DNA of 59,330 nt. Origin: a virus. Its lineage: Duplodnaviria; Caudoviricetes. Of this stretch, positions 59,021 to 59,330 are shown piece after piece (position 1 is the stretch's first letter; every line of letters starts with the position of its first letter). Under the pieces are notes generated by a model. It saw nothing but the letters and a program-made list of their open reading frames with translations. It did no database searches and was not told the DNA's origin. The DNA is taken from positions 1 through 59,330 of IMG/VR virus record IMGVR_UViG_3300017747_003223; one strand, given 5' to 3'. The position numbers and the translations under genes were made by a program.

Positions 59021-59330
59021 GTGATGAAGCGTTTACTTATAGCCCCCCTTGTCTCTCTCGTTTGTCTCGCCGCTCCCGCCCCCTCCACCCTACCCCCCTT
59101 ATGGCCCATTGTAGTGGGCGAGTCCTGCTCATGGTGCAGCATTCAATATATGCTGGACATGCAGGGCTGTCCCCTCAATGATGGGGAGCTTGACCCCGAG
59201 TGTCAGCGTGTCCGCACATGGGCCTTCAACCAGTGGCAGCAGTGCATCAGGGGCTGCGTGGACTCCACTGAGGACCCCATCCCCGTCATCTTCGACGCAT
59301 GGCAGCAGAACCTCATCAATAGTGATGAGA
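59021..59330 (+). CDS. secreted/periplasmic Cys-rich protein (continues at 1-89)
   Basis: GGAGG SD; signal-peptide-like MMKRLLIAPLVSLVCLAAPA; six further Cys; no stop before the window end. Confidence 0.75.
   Translation, partial: MMKRLLIAPLVSLVCLAAPAPSTLPPLWPIVVGESCSWCSIQYMLDMQGCPLNDGELDPECQRVRTWAFNQWQQCIRGCVDSTEDPIPVIFDAWQQNLINSDE

Overview
This window looks like a complete, circularly permuted ~59.3 kb dsDNA tailed phage genome. The ORF starting at 59021 runs off the end and continues in frame at position 1, stopping at 87-89. The + strand arm (~52.4 kb, wrapping to 25.6 kb) carries small early genes, two tRNAs and two tRNA-like or structured RNAs. It also has a four-gene ubiquitin-like conjugation cassette (Ubl, E2, JAB/JAMM, E1; 3171-6601) and replication/nucleotide genes: UDG family 4, RecD/Dda-like helicase, family A DNA polymerase, ERCC4 nuclease, PD-(D/E)XK nuclease, GroES, Sak4-like ATPase, SSB-like protein, MazG, class II RNR, a Nmad1-cytidylyltransferase fusion and an SF3 helicase. 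The - strand arm (25.6-52.4 kb) is a podovirus-like morphogenesis module: terminase, portal, scaffold, capsid, adaptor, nozzle and ejection-like proteins, plus a (Gly-Thr)n protein next to a GT9 glycosyltransferase-methyltransferase. Most notable are (1) the phage-borne complete ubiquitin-like system, (2) three small ORFs, two of them membrane-protein-like, overprinted on Ser/Pro-rich insertions inside the DNA polymerase gene, (3) a possible virion heptosylation pathway, (4) two ~600-nt hairpin-dense non-coding regions and aberrant tRNA-like RNAs, and (5) genome-wide C-skew that flips inside the helicase gene, plus apparent GCGC avoidance. I recognised no integrase, RNA polymerase, primase or endolysin. 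All calls rest on motifs and synteny read by eye; no searches were run.
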